A DNA stretch of 64,000 nt. Source: Verrucomicrobia bacterium UBA3783. Its GTDB lineage: Bacteria > Verrucomicrobiota > Kiritimatiellia > RFP12 > UBA1067. Shown piece by piece: positions 16,997 to 26,431 of this stretch (positions are counted from its first letter, which is position 1; the number at the start of each line of letters is the position of its first letter). The notes beneath the pieces are model-generated. The model searched no databases and had not been told where the DNA came from. It saw nothing but the letters and a program-made list of their open reading frames with translations. Both the position numbers and the translations under genes were made by a program. The stretch spans positions 6,586-70,585 of the forward strand of contig DFFF01000024.1 in the NCBI GenBank assembly GCA_002369235.1, written 5' to 3'.

Positions 16997-17086
16997 TTAC
17001 TTGTTCTTGTGGCGCTGCGCCTTCATACGCTTGTCGTATTTGTGCTTGGACATTTTTTTGCGCCGTTTCTTCTTGATGGATCCCAT
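16997..17086 (-). CDS. 29-aa highly basic micro-protein, bS22 / AURKAIP1-COX24-domain-like ribosomal protein
   Basis: My translation is MGSIKKKRRKKMSKHKYDKRMKAQRHKNK, with an AAGGAAAAAA RBS region. It closely resembles recalled mycobacterial bS22 ([21 protein letters not shown]...). It is below the ORF-track size cutoff. Confidence 0.7.
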   Translation of the reverse strand: MGSIKKKRRKKMSKHKYDKRMKAQRHKNK

Positions 17087-17137
17087 TTTGTTTTTTCCTT
17101 GTTGTGTATTGCCAGGTTAGCTAGACCTGTTTTCCGA

Positions 17138-18007
17138 TCAGAAAATTATCTTGTTGAGCGGCAGTTCGATTATCCCGGTCGCGCCGGCGGCGGTGAGCGC
17201 GGGAATTATGTCGCGCACCGTCTTCTCCTCGACAACCGCCTCCACCGCATACCACCCCTCGCCATGGAGCTTGTTGACGGTAGGCGCGTGCAGCCCGGGC
17301 AGCACCTTCGTCACCTTGGCGAGCGACTTCTCCGGCGCATTGCACTTCAAAAGTACGCGGCGCTGCGCCTCCAGCGCCCCGACAAGCAGCATCTTGAGCT
17401 GCTCGAGCTTGGCGCGCTTGGCCTTGTCCTTCCAGCTCGCCTTGTTGGCGATGAAACGCGTGGTGGAGGTGAGGATCGTATCGACGATGCGCAGGTTGTT
17501 GGCTCTGAGCGAACTGCCAGTCTCCGTGAGATCGACAATCGCATCCACGAGTTCCGGCGCCTTCACTTCCGTCGCGCCCCAGCTGAACTCCACTTCCGCC
17601 TTGACGCCGTTCTTCTTGAGATAGCGCTTCACGAGACCCACCGCCTCCGTGGAAATGCGCTTGCCCTCGAGATCCTTCACCGTCTTGATCTTGGAGTCGT
17701 TCGGCACCGCAAGCACCCAGCGCACCGGATTGGACGTGGCCTTGGAGTAGTTGAGCTCGCAGATTTCATGCACGTCCGACCCGTTTTCATACACCCAGTC
17801 GTAGCCGCATATCCCCGCGTCGAGCAGCCCCAGCTCCACATAGCGGCTCATCTCCTGCGGCCGCAAAAGACGGCACTTTATCTCCTCGTCGTCGATCGAC
17901 GGAATATAGCTGCGCGAAGAGCACGATACGTTGAACCCGGCGCGCTTGAAGAGCGCGAAGGTGGAATCCTGCAGCGAGCCTTTGGGCAGACCTAGAACAA
18001 TTGCCAT
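17138..18007 (-). CDS. hisG: ATP phosphoribosyltransferase, long form
   Basis: 289 aa. [25 protein letters not shown]..., ...[26 protein letters not shown], ...[14 protein letters not shown]... and a C-terminal regulatory domain are present. Confidence 0.9.
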   Translation of the reverse strand: MAIVLGLPKGSLQDSTFALFKRAGFNVSCSSRSYIPSIDDEEIKCRLLRPQEMSRYVELGLLDAGICGYDWVYENGSDVHEICELNYSKATSNPVRWVLAVPNDSKIKTVKDLEGKRISTEAVGLVKRYLKKNGVKAEVEFSWGATEVKAPELVDAIVDLTETGSSLRANNLRIVDTILTSTTRFIANKASWKDKAKRAKLEQLKMLLVGALEAQRRVLLKCNAPEKSLAKVTKVLPGLHAPTVNKLHGEGWYAVEAVVEEKTVRDIIPALTAAGATGIIELPLNKIIF

Positions 18008-18042
18008 TTCGAAATCACCCTGTTTTTATACATTAGGCGCGT

Positions 18043-18051
18043 ATTATATCA
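18043..18051 (-). promoter_or_regulatory. Extended -10 element TGATATAAT upstream of hisG
   Basis: The minus strand reads GGGAAAAATGATATAATACG, 36 nt upstream of the hisG ATG. It overlaps the TGA stop of the efflux outer-membrane factor gene. Confidence 0.45.
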
Positions 18052-19527
18052 TTTTTCCCGCGGATTTGCAAGACCGCCGCCCAAAGTTTTGTAAAGCTCG
18101 ATGAGGTTGAGCGTGATCTGGCCGCGGCTCACCACAAACTGCTCCTCCAGCGACAGGCGGCTGCGCTGCGCATCAAGCACGTTGTTGAAGTCCCGGAGCC
18201 CGTTGCGGTAGAGATCCCGCGAAATGGACACCGCGTCGTTCGCCGCCCTGACCGCATCCTCGAGCGCACTGTAGGTGTGGTATTCATGCGAGTAGGCGCT
18301 GTAGGCGTTGCGCACCTCGGCGTAGGCCTGGTCGATCGCAAGTTCGTATTCAAGCGCCGCCTGCTCGGTGCGGGCTTCCTCCGCCTTCACCGTGGAATAG
18401 ATCGCCCCCGCGCTGAAGATCGACCACGTGGCGCTCGGCCCGAAGCTCGACATGAGCGCACCCTTGGTGATGAGACGGCTCGTCTGCACCGACTGATAAC
18501 CGACCGACCCGGTGATGTGGAGCTTGGGATACCAGGCCGACTTGGCAACGCCGATCCTCGCGCACTGCGCGGCGAGTTTGCGCTCCGCGCTCTGGACGTC
18601 CGGGCGCGAACGGATCATGTCGAGCGGCAGCTCGCCCAGTTTCTGCGGCGCCAGCAGCCAGTCGCGCTTCAATTCCACCGGCGCGAGTTTGTCGTGCAAG
18701 GCTCCGGGCATCTCGCCCGCGAGAATCGCAAGCGCGTTCTTGAGCTCCTCTTCCTGCGTCTTGAGCGCCGGAATCCGCGCGCGCGTCTGCTCCACGACAT
18801 ACGCGCACTGGTTCACGGCAAGCTCGTCGCCGATGCCGGAATCGAGACGCGACTTCAAGATGTCGTAGGTCTCGGTCTGCAGCATGAGATTCGCCTCCGC
18901 CACGGCGATGCGCTCCTGGCAGGTGCGCAGCGAAATGTACTGCTCGCCGATCTGGGCGGAAAGCTGCAGCCACGCATTGTCCAGATCGCTCGCCGCCCCT
19001 TCCATGAGCGCGAGCGCGGCTTCGGTGGCGCGGCGGCTGCCGCCGAAAATATCGATCTCCCAGTCCGCCCCGACCCCGAGATCCGCAATCTGGCTGTGGC
19101 GCTTCTTGTTGCCGGTCTGCCGGTAGACCGACGCCAAAGACGAATTGCGGCGGCGGTTTACATTGTCGTACCAGTCGCCGCTGGCATTCACCTTGGGCAG
19201 GAACTCGGAATACGTTCCCATGAGCACCCAGCTTGCTTCCTCCAGACGCTTCTGCGCGACCTTGTAGGAGAGATTGCTCGCGAAGGCGCTCTCGATGAGC
19301 GAATCGAGCACGGGATCGTTGAACTGCTTCCACCAGAGATGCATCGTCTCTCCCGAAATCTCGACGCGCTCGTCGCCGTTCGTCATCTGCGGCGGTTCGC
19401 CGGCGTCGGGGAGCGAGGCGTCGATCGCCTTGACTTCCGGCTCGACATAGTCCGGTCCCACGCTGGGCAGATCCATGCATCCGCAAACCGCCGCCGCGGC
19501 GGCAAATCCGATGATCGCTTTCTTCAT
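18049..19527 (-). CDS. RND efflux outer-membrane factor lipoprotein (NodT/OprM family)
   Basis: It has the lipoprotein signal MKKAIIGFAAAAAVCGC and is 492 aa with two repeated TolC-like halves. It is the last gene of the MFP-RND-OMF operon. Confidence 0.85.
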   Translation of the reverse strand: MKKAIIGFAAAAAVCGCMDLPSVGPDYVEPEVKAIDASLPDAGEPPQMTNGDERVEISGETMHLWWKQFNDPVLDSLIESAFASNLSYKVAQKRLEEASWVLMGTYSEFLPKVNASGDWYDNVNRRRNSSLASVYRQTGNKKRHSQIADLGVGADWEIDIFGGSRRATEAALALMEGAASDLDNAWLQLSAQIGEQYISLRTCQERIAVAEANLMLQTETYDILKSRLDSGIGDELAVNQCAYVVEQTRARIPALKTQEEELKNALAILAGEMPGALHDKLAPVELKRDWLLAPQKLGELPLDMIRSRPDVQSAERKLAAQCARIGVAKSAWYPKLHITGSVGYQSVQTSRLITKGALMSSFGPSATWSIFSAGAIYSTVKAEEARTEQAALEYELAIDQAYAEVRNAYSAYSHEYHTYSALEDAVRAANDAVSISRDLYRNGLRDFNNVLDAQRSRLSLEEQFVVSRGQITLNLIELYKTLGGGLANPREK

Positions 19528-19528
19528 G

Positions 19529-22500
19529 TCACTTCTCCTTTGAGAAAATCCCTTTTACGTATTCGCGCCACGTCTGGAAGAGCGCGTAAAGCCCCGGCAC
19601 CAGGAGAATGCCGAAAGCGACCGATGCGGCCATGCCGTAGAATTCCGTCGTCCCCAGATGGTTGCGGCTCGCGGCGCCGGCGCCGGTCGCAATCATCATC
19701 GGAAGCGTGCCCAGAAGCGTGGTCAACGCCGTCATCAACAGCGCGCGCAGGCGTTCGCCCGCCGCGAGACCCGCCGCCTCCGCAATCCCCATGCCCTCGA
19801 TCTCGCGCTTGTCCTTCGCGAACTCCACGATCAAAATCGCGTTCTTGGAAGCGAGACCGATCAGCAGCACGAGCCCGAGCTGCGCATAGATCGAAAGCGA
19901 GAAACCATAGACTTTAAGCCCGAACAAGGCGCCGCACACCGCCACGAAAATCGACAGCATCACCGGCAGCGGAATCGTCCAGCTCTCATACTGCGCCACC
20001 AGGAAGAGATAGCCGAAGAGAATCGCCAGCGCAATGAGCGGCGCGGCCGATCCGGCGTTGCGCTCCTCCTGGTAGGTGAGACCCGACCACTCGAATCCAT
20101 AGTCCTGCGGAAGCTCTTCCCTGAGCAGCCGCTTGATTTCCGCCATCACCTCGCCCGACGCGACGCCGGGCTTGGGCATGACCGTGATCGACGCGGCGAG
20201 GAACTGCTGGTAGCGGCTCACCGCGCGCGGCCCGATCTCGCGGGTGATCGTCCCCAACGACCCCATCGGCACCATGTCGCCGGTGGAACTGCGCACGTAA
20301 AGCCGCTCGATCGCCTCCGGCGTGGAACGCCCTTCCCAGTCGGACTGCACCGTAACGCGGTTGACCTGCGTGCCGAGGTTCACGTCGTTGACATAGCGCG
20401 AACCAAGGTAGTTCTGCAGCGTCGTGTAGACGGTGGAAACCGGCACGCGGTACATCTCCGCCTTGGTGCGGTCGAGATGGAACCTGAGGTGCGGCGTCTC
20501 GGCGGTGTAGCCGGAGAACGCGACCATGACGCCGGGCAGCGCGTTGAGCTTGCCCAGAATCTTTTTCTTCACGGCGTCCAGGCGCATGGCGTCGGTATCG
20601 CCCTTGGACTGCAGCCTGAGGTCGATGCCGCTGTTGGTGCCGAGACCCGGAATGGCCGGCGGCACGAACACCTTGACCGCAGGCTCGGGAATCTGCGCGA
20701 GCACCTTGGCGATCCTGGGAATCATCGCCACCGCATGCTGATCCGGACGCTTGCGCTCGTCCCACGGCTTGAGCATGATGATGACCATGTTCTGGTTCTC
20801 GCCGCGCCCGCCGACCATCGAAAATCCGCTCACCGTCAGGACGCTGTCGATCTCCGGCACCTGCTCGCGCAGCACCTTCGTGGCGCGCTCGATCATGTCC
20901 ATGGAACGCTGGCGCGTCGAGCCTTCCGGCATCTCCAGCGACGCGAACACCACCTTCTGGTCTTCCTCCGGGAGGAAGCTCGACTGGGTGTCCAGATACA
21001 TCTTCACCGTGAGGATCATCGTGAACACGAGGAGCATGAGCGCGATGAAAATGCGGCTCGCGAGCCACTTGGCGAGCATGATGAAGAAGCTCTTGAACTT
21101 GTCGAGCGCCCAGTTGAACCACGCGAACGGCCCGTGCCTGTAGGGATTGGCCTCGCGCAGCAGCAGCGAGCACAGCGCCGGCGCCAGCGTGAGCGCGCAC
21201 ACCGTCGAGAAGCACACCGCCGCCGACAGCGTGACCGAGAACTGCTGGTAGATGCGCCCGGTGATGCCGGTCAAAAACCCTACCGGCACGAAGATGCCCA
21301 GCAGGACGAGCGTCGTCGCGATGACCGCGCTCGTCACGTCCTTCATCGCCTGGATCGACGCCTCCTTGGAGTTGAGTCCGCGCGTCTCGATGAGATACTG
21401 CACGCGCTCGACGACGACGATGCAGTCGTCCACCACCACCCCGATCGCCAGCACCAGCCCGAAGAGCGTGAGGATGTTGATCGAGTAGTCCAGAATCGCC
21501 ATCAGGATGAAGGTGGAGGTGAGCGACACCGGGATCGTGAGGCACGGGATCAACGTCGCGCGCCAGTCCTGCAGGAAGAGATAGCAGACGAACACCACGA
21601 GAAGGAAGGTGATGATCAGCGTCGCCACGATTTCGCGGATGCACATCCTCACATATTCCGTGGCGTCGTAGGCGAGGACATACTCCATGTCCTCCGGGAA
21701 CGATTCGCTGAGCTCCTCGAACGCCCTGCGCACGGCGTTCATGGCGGCGATGGCATTGGCGCCGGGCTTCTGCTGCAGCGCGATCGAAACCGCGTTGGCG
21801 CCGTTGTAGAGGCCGGCGAAGGCGTAGCTCTGCTCGCCAACCTCCGTGCGAGCCACGTCCTTGAGCTTGACGATGCCGCCGTTCTCGTCGCGGCGGACGA
21901 CGATTTCATCGAACTCCGCCGGCGTCATCAGCCGCCCCTTGGCCAGCAGCGAATAGCTGAACGCCGCATGTTCGCCGGTGGGCGACGCGCCCACCGTGCC
22001 CAGCGACGCCTGGATGTTCTGCTTGGAAATGGCGCCGATGACCTCTTCGGAGTTCATCCCCTGCGCCGCCATGCGCGCCGGATCGAGCCATACGCGCATC
22101 GAAAGCTTCGGCCCGTAGATCGTGCACTCGCCAACGCCCGCCACGCGCAAAAGCACCGGCTGGATGTTCGCATAGCAGTAGTCGCTCAACTCCATGCGCG
22201 AGAACGTGCCATTGGGGCTCCGGAGCGCGAAGAACCCGAGGAAGTCCGTGGACTGGGCGCGCACCCTGCCGCCAAGCTGCTTCACCTCCGAAGGCAGCTT
22301 CGCCTCCGCCTGCGAAAGGCGGTTCTGCACCTTCACGAGATCCATGTCGCGGTCGCTGCCCACCTCGAACGACACGGTGAGCGTATACTGCCCGTCGTCC
22401 GAGCACTGGCTCGTCATGTAGATCATGTCGTCCACGCCGTTGACTTCGTCTTCGATGGGCGTGGCGACGGTGTTGAGCACCTCCGAGGCGTTCGCGCCGG

Positions 22501-22690
22501 GATAGGAGTAGTTCACCTGGATTTCCGGCGGCGTGAGCTGCGGATACTGGGCGATCGGCAGCTTGGTGATGCTCAGCGCGCCCGCGAGCGTCAGCACGAT
22601 TGCGATGACCATCGCGAAACGCGGACGCTCGATGAAGACCCTCGAAAAGGTCTTGATCTGGTCGATGCTTGCGCGGATCGAAAGTTTCAC
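19529..22690 (-). CDS. RND multidrug efflux permease (AcrB/HAE1 family)
   Basis: 1053 aa with a 12-TM architecture and two large periplasmic loops. The typical N-terminus FIERPRFAMVIAIVLTLAGALSI is present. Confidence 0.9.
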   Translation of the reverse strand: MKLSIRASIDQIKTFSRVFIERPRFAMVIAIVLTLAGALSITKLPIAQYPQLTPPEIQVNYSYPGANASEVLNTVATPIEDEVNGVDDMIYMTSQCSDDGQYTLTVSFEVGSDRDMDLVKVQNRLSQAEAKLPSEVKQLGGRVRAQSTDFLGFFALRSPNGTFSRMELSDYCYANIQPVLLRVAGVGECTIYGPKLSMRVWLDPARMAAQGMNSEEVIGAISKQNIQASLGTVGASPTGEHAAFSYSLLAKGRLMTPAEFDEIVVRRDENGGIVKLKDVARTEVGEQSYAFAGLYNGANAVSIALQQKPGANAIAAMNAVRRAFEELSESFPEDMEYVLAYDATEYVRMCIREIVATLIITFLLVVFVCYLFLQDWRATLIPCLTIPVSLTSTFILMAILDYSINILTLFGLVLAIGVVVDDCIVVVERVQYLIETRGLNSKEASIQAMKDVTSAVIATTLVLLGIFVPVGFLTGITGRIYQQFSVTLSAAVCFSTVCALTLAPALCSLLLREANPYRHGPFAWFNWALDKFKSFFIMLAKWLASRIFIALMLLVFTMILTVKMYLDTQSSFLPEEDQKVVFASLEMPEGSTRQRSMDMIERATKVLREQVPEIDSVLTVSGFSMVGGRGENQNMVIIMLKPWDERKRPDQHAVAMIPRIAKVLAQIPEPAVKVFVPPAIPGLGTNSGIDLRLQSKGDTDAMRLDAVKKKILGKLNALPGVMVAFSGYTAETPHLRFHLDRTKAEMYRVPVSTVYTTLQNYLGSRYVNDVNLGTQVNRVTVQSDWEGRSTPEAIERLYVRSSTGDMVPMGSLGTITREIGPRAVSRYQQFLAASITVMPKPGVASGEVMAEIKRLLREELPQDYGFEWSGLTYQEERNAGSAAPLIALAILFGYLFLVAQYESWTIPLPVMLSIFVAVCGALFGLKVYGFSLSIYAQLGLVLLIGLASKNAILIVEFAKDKREIEGMGIAEAAGLAAGERLRALLMTALTTLLGTLPMMIATGAGAASRNHLGTTEFYGMAASVAFGILLVPGLYALFQTWREYVKGIFSKEK

Positions 22691-23880
22691 AGCTTGAATC
22701 CTTCGTAGTCGGCGGAGTTTTCTTCCGTCTTGGTGGGTTCCACTTCAATCACCTTGGCGCCGTCGGCAAGCTTGCGCGTCCCGGCGATCACATACTTCTG
22801 GCCCACCGAAAGCCCGCTCACCACCGGCACGAAGCCGTCATGCCCCGGCAAAGTCTCCACCGGCACCGCATGTGCGCAGCCGTCCTCGGTCACCGTCCAC
22901 ACCCCGAGCCCGCCGGAAGGCAGGTCGAAAATCGCCGACTGCTGGACCATGGGGTACTTCGGCGGCTGGGCGCGGTCGTAAAGGAGCGTCACGAAGCTGT
23001 TCGGAATGAGCATCCGGTCGGGATTCGGGAACAGCAGCCGCAGCATGATCGACGCCGTTTCGCGGCTCATCTGGTTGTCGTCGAAATCGAACTTGCCGTC
23101 GTATTCGTATTCCGAGCCGTCCGCGAGGATGATGCGCATGCGCTGCTCGTAGGTCTCGCCGCGCTTCTGGAGCTGGCGCCACTGGATGTAGAGGCGGTCC
23201 GGGAGCGGGAACGAAACGCGGATCGGATCCACCTGGACGATCCGCGCCAGCGCCCCCTTGGACGGCGCCACATAGTCGCCCACATACGCGTTGGACTTGC
23301 CGATCTGACCGCTTATCGGCGCGATTACGCGCGTTTTCTTGAGGTCGTACTGCGCCACGATGAGATTCGCCTCCGCCTGCAAGACCAGGGCTTTCGCCGT
23401 CTCCACCTGGGCTTCGGCGTTGTCGCGCTCAAGCTGGGTGATGCCGCGCTCGTCCACGCTGTTGAGACGCTGGAAGTGGCGGTTCGCGCGGCGCTGTTCG
23501 GCCTGCGCCGCCTCCAAGTCCGCCAGACGCTGGTTCACCACCGCCTGGTAGCGCTCGTCGTCGAGGATGTAGAGCACCTGCCCTACCGACACGATGTCGC
23601 CCTCCTTGAACTTGATTTCCTTTATATATCCGTCCACCTGCGGCAGCAGATCCACTTCCTGCGCGGCTTCCGCGTGCGCCACGTAGCGTTCAGGGAGATT
23701 GTATTCCATCTCCCTTACTTCATCGACGCCGATCGTCACCGGCGCCGCCTGCATCATCGCCGCCGCCGCGCCGCCCTTGCCGGCATGCGTCTTCTGCCAA
23801 ATGCCGCAAAGCAGCCAGCCCGACACGATGCAAATCGCCGCCAATACGGTCGGCCCCACCGTTTTCTTCAGAAAATCCAT
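22687..23880 (-). CDS. RND efflux periplasmic adaptor (membrane fusion protein, AcrA/HlyD family)
   Basis: 397 aa with an N-terminal anchor, a coiled-coil hairpin (QAVVNQRLADLEAAQAEQRRANRHFQRL...) and barrel domains. Its stop overlaps the permease start. Confidence 0.85.
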   Translation of the reverse strand: MDFLKKTVGPTVLAAICIVSGWLLCGIWQKTHAGKGGAAAAMMQAAPVTIGVDEVREMEYNLPERYVAHAEAAQEVDLLPQVDGYIKEIKFKEGDIVSVGQVLYILDDERYQAVVNQRLADLEAAQAEQRRANRHFQRLNSVDERGITQLERDNAEAQVETAKALVLQAEANLIVAQYDLKKTRVIAPISGQIGKSNAYVGDYVAPSKGALARIVQVDPIRVSFPLPDRLYIQWRQLQKRGETYEQRMRIILADGSEYEYDGKFDFDDNQMSRETASIMLRLLFPNPDRMLIPNSFVTLLYDRAQPPKYPMVQQSAIFDLPSGGLGVWTVTEDGCAHAVPVETLPGHDGFVPVVSGLSVGQKYVIAGTRKLADGAKVIEVEPTKTEENSADYEGFKL

Positions 23881-23922
23881 TTTCCACGAATCCTTTCCGC
23901 CTTGTTTTGGGTATTGTCTTGT

Positions 23923-23931
23923 ATTATACCA
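23923..23931 (-). promoter_or_regulatory. Extended -10 element TGGTATAAT upstream of the RND operon
   Basis: The minus strand reads GGCGATTTTTGGTATAATACAAG, 43 nt upstream of the ATG at 23880. Confidence 0.45.
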
Positions 23932-23986
23932 AAAATCGCCGGAAAAGGCAAGCCCGCCGCGGCCCCGCCCTTATCCGCCCCGCGTG

Positions 23987-24124
23987 TCAGTTTTCGGCGT
24001 TTGTGAGCACCGCCGTGCCGTAGAGCGGATACATTCGCATATCCTCGCCTTTGAATTCGGCCTTGCCGATGTAGCATCCGGCGAGCATTGCCGCCATCGC
24101 CGCGCCAATTGCGATTTTCACCAT
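23987..24124 (-). CDS. Small lipoprotein (45 aa), function unknown
   Basis: The internal ATG at 24122-24124 is preceded by AGGAAGGAAG. MVKIAIGAAMAAMLAGC carries a lipobox; the ORF-track 5' extension lacks an RBS. Confidence 0.45.
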   Translation of the reverse strand: MVKIAIGAAMAAMLAGCYIGKAEFKGEDMRMYPLYGTAVLTNAEN

Positions 24125-24227
24125 TCTTTGCTTCCTTCCTTTTTGCCGGATTGTCCGCACAATGACCCGCGCAAAGTCCGCGAAGGGATTTCCTTGCGGA
24201 CCTTGCGCAGGCACGGTTATCCGCTCG

Positions 24228-24965
24228 TTATGGAGCCACGATCGACACGACCTTGCTGTTCACCTGCGCGTAGTTGCCGTCGATGCCGGCGCGGGAGGTG
24301 ATGACCACCTTCGCCTCCGCTCCCGCCTCCGGTGCGCGCTCGGGCCACGCGAACTTCATATGATTGTAGTCGCTCTCGGTGCAGGTCAGCGCCTGGGACT
24401 GCATAGTCCCGCTGCCGTCCTCCCACTCCATGACCGCGGAGTCGCCGAGCGCGGCGGCATACTGCATGTTGGTGCCGTAGGCCGCGAACGGCTCGCCCAC
24501 CTTGAGCACGTTGCCGTCGTCGGCGCCGATCCAGCTGATGCGGTCGAGCCGCACTCTCGTTCCCGTATGTTCGTTCACGAACGTCACTTTGTCCATGTCG
24601 ATCGTGCTCGGGATGCCGGAAAGAATGCGCGCGGTGATATGCGTGCCGTTGTTCTTTCCGGTGCCGAACGCGCTGTAGGGACCGTCGATCTTGCCGTGCA
24701 GACGCGGCACGAACTGGATGTAGTTGCCGATCTTGCGCGCATTGCAGTCGGTGGCGATTTTCTTCGCGACCGTCCTCAAAACGCACTTGAACGCGAATTC
24801 GAGCATCTCCGCCGTGAACGGCAGACGCTCGGAATCCACCACCTCGTCGAACACCGTCGCCTCGTCGTAGATTTGGCGGTCGGTGAGCTGCATGCGGCAG
24901 CCGCCCGACGGATCGACTTCCGGATTGACCGGGATTGCCTTGAACTTGGCCAGTACTTTAGCCAT
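24228..24965 (-). CDS. Hypothetical protein, possibly an HU-like DNA-binding N-domain plus an Ig-like C-domain (Bacteroidota HU-HIG/DUF4469-type architecture); tentative
   Basis: 245-aa ORF with an AAAGGAAC RBS. The N-terminal pattern (...FTAEMLEFAFKCVLRTVAKKIATDCNARKIGNYIQFVPRLHGKIDGP) resembles HU-type arms. The C-terminal beta-rich part contains ...LDRISWIGADDGNVLKVGEPFAAYGTNM. Confidence 0.35.
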   Translation of the reverse strand: MAKVLAKFKAIPVNPEVDPSGGCRMQLTDRQIYDEATVFDEVVDSERLPFTAEMLEFAFKCVLRTVAKKIATDCNARKIGNYIQFVPRLHGKIDGPYSAFGTGKNNGTHITARILSGIPSTIDMDKVTFVNEHTGTRVRLDRISWIGADDGNVLKVGEPFAAYGTNMQYAAALGDSAVMEWEDGSGTMQSQALTCTESDYNHMKFAWPERAPEAGAEAKVVITSRAGIDGNYAQVNSKVVSIVAP

Positions 24966-25133
24966 TGTCTTGTTCCTTTTTGTTCCGGCGCTGCCTTATT
25001 CAAAAGACGCGTCCCGCCAACCGCCGGTGGAAGGTTTTCCGCGTACCGGAGGCGCTTGCCGCCGGCAGCGGGTTTATTCATTCATTCAAGGCGAAATTGT
25101 GTGGAGAAATTTTTCTATCCGGAAAAACTGCGG

Positions 25134-25640
25134 CTATTCCACGGCGATATATCGCTCGCCGCAGAAGGTGCAGACCGCTCCCGGATGAAGCAATGCGCCG
25201 CAATTCGGACACTTTCTCTCCAGTATCTCGCCGCAAAGCGCACAAAATCTGCCGCCGGCAGGATCGCACTTTTCCGGAACCGGACGCAAAAACCGCCGCC
25301 CCTCCACAAAATACTCCTCGTTCCCCGGACACGCCGGATTGGGACAAAAAGCCGAAATCCCCGCCACACGGTCTCTGCCCGGTTCACCGCCGCCTGCCGC
25401 ACCGCCGCCCTGCAATGTCGCAGCCGGATTTTCCTTCTCCCTGGGCGCCAAATCCACATTCAACCGGCGCGAGAGCTTTTCCACCACCTCGTCATTGAGC
25501 TTCGTCGGATCGCCCTGCTCGAACATCGACAGCGCCGACTGCTTGCAGCCAACCTCGGCCGCCAGCTCGCTCTGCGATATCCCCAGCCCCCGACGGGCCT
25601 CTTTCATCAACAGACAAATCGATCTATCAAGGTTTTTCAT
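25134..25640 (-). CDS. XRE-family helix-turn-helix regulator with a C-terminal double zinc-ribbon
   Basis: The HTH is LLMKEARRGLGISQSELAAEVGCKQSALSMFEQG. C-terminal Cys pairs are CPNPAC, CALCG, CPNCG and CTFCG; 168 aa. Confidence 0.75.
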   Translation of the reverse strand: MKNLDRSICLLMKEARRGLGISQSELAAEVGCKQSALSMFEQGDPTKLNDEVVEKLSRRLNVDLAPREKENPAATLQGGGAAGGGEPGRDRVAGISAFCPNPACPGNEEYFVEGRRFLRPVPEKCDPAGGRFCALCGEILERKCPNCGALLHPGAVCTFCGERYIAVE

Positions 25641-25644
25641 GGCT

Positions 25645-25718
25645 TTATCAACTCTATTATCAACAAATGTTCATAAAATCAACACACAAAATGAAAATTT
25701 ATCAACATTTGTTGATAT
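25645..25718. promoter_or_regulatory. Cluster of five TTATCAACA-type 9-mers (DnaA-box-like and/or operator sites) upstream of the XRE regulator
   Basis: The sites are TTATCAACT 25645-25653, TTATCAACA 25657-25665, AAATCAACA 25676-25684 and TTATCAACA 25699-25707. An inverted TGTTGATAT at 25710-25718 forms a dyad with the previous box. Each is one or two mismatches from TTATCCACA. Confidence 0.45.
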
Positions 25719-25729
25719 TCTTGTTTATA

Positions 25730-26431
25730 TTAGTAGGTCCTGTTTATAATTTCGTCGAGGAGCAGGTTTTGTCCGCCTTCCCGATAGGTTATGCCATACT
25801 TTTCCAGTTCTGCAATCACCTCGCCGGTCAGCACGTTATGGTGCTCGTCCATGAATTTCAGGAAGGTATCGCGTTTTTTCTGGAGATTGCCGGACGGTTC
25901 GTTGGCCTTGAGCACGCTTTCGAGCAGCTGGGCGCGGCGGCGGCGGCCTTGCTGTTCGGCCACGTCGCGCGCTTCGGCGATTATCTCCAGAATATGGTCG
26001 CGCGTCTCGCCCGGAAAGCGGTCGGGCAGTTCCGTGTCGCGGTCGAGGAGCGCAAGCTGATTGGGATTGCGCGCCTGGATATCGCTTTCCTGCAATTCGT
26101 AGGCGGCGATTTTCCGCTCGAGTTCCGCCTCGCGCGCCTTGCCGGAGGCAATGCAATTTTCAAGCTCGGCAATCCTGCCGTTGGCGGCGGCAAGCTTTCC
26201 GCTCAAATCCGCCGCCTCGCTCTGCAGCCCGGCAAGCCGCTCCTCCAGTGCGCCCGCCTTCAGCTCCAACGCCGCTTTTTCGGCGGCGAGTTCCTCCACC
26301 ACCACCTTCTGGACGTCAAGCTCGATGTCCGCGGGAACAGCCTCTTCCGCGGCTTCCGCATTCTCCGCAGCTTCTTCCACGTTCCCCATCATTTCTTCCA
26401 CACTGACGCTGTTTTCATTCATGTTTTGCAT
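25730..26431 (-). CDS. Acidic coiled-coil protein, function unknown
   Basis: 233 aa from the ATG at 26429-26431; the alternative ATG at 26420-26422 overlaps the upstream stop. Long heptad regions are present (AAEKAALELKAGALEERLAGLQSEAADLSGKLAAANGRIAELENCIASGKAREAELERKIAAYEL). The ORF-track extension to 26650 lies inside the upstream gene. Confidence 0.55.
   Translation of the reverse strand: MQNMNENSVSVEEMMGNVEEAAENAEAAEEAVPADIELDVQKVVVEELAAEKAALELKAGALEERLAGLQSEAADLSGKLAAANGRIAELENCIASGKAREAELERKIAAYELQESDIQARNPNQLALLDRDTELPDRFPGETRDHILEIIAEARDVAEQQGRRRRAQLLESVLKANEPSGNLQKKRDTFLKFMDEHHNVLTGEVIAELEKYGITYREGGQNLLLDEIINRTY

Noticed and set aside
13594-24006. Long plus-strand ORFs opposite the glycan, hisG and RND genes (13594-15849, 16829-17995, 18277-19917, 19658-22708, 22669-24006)
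   Set aside because: These have the same shadow-ORF character, with Arg/Pro/His-rich translations and no motifs. They overlap well-supported minus-strand genes completely.
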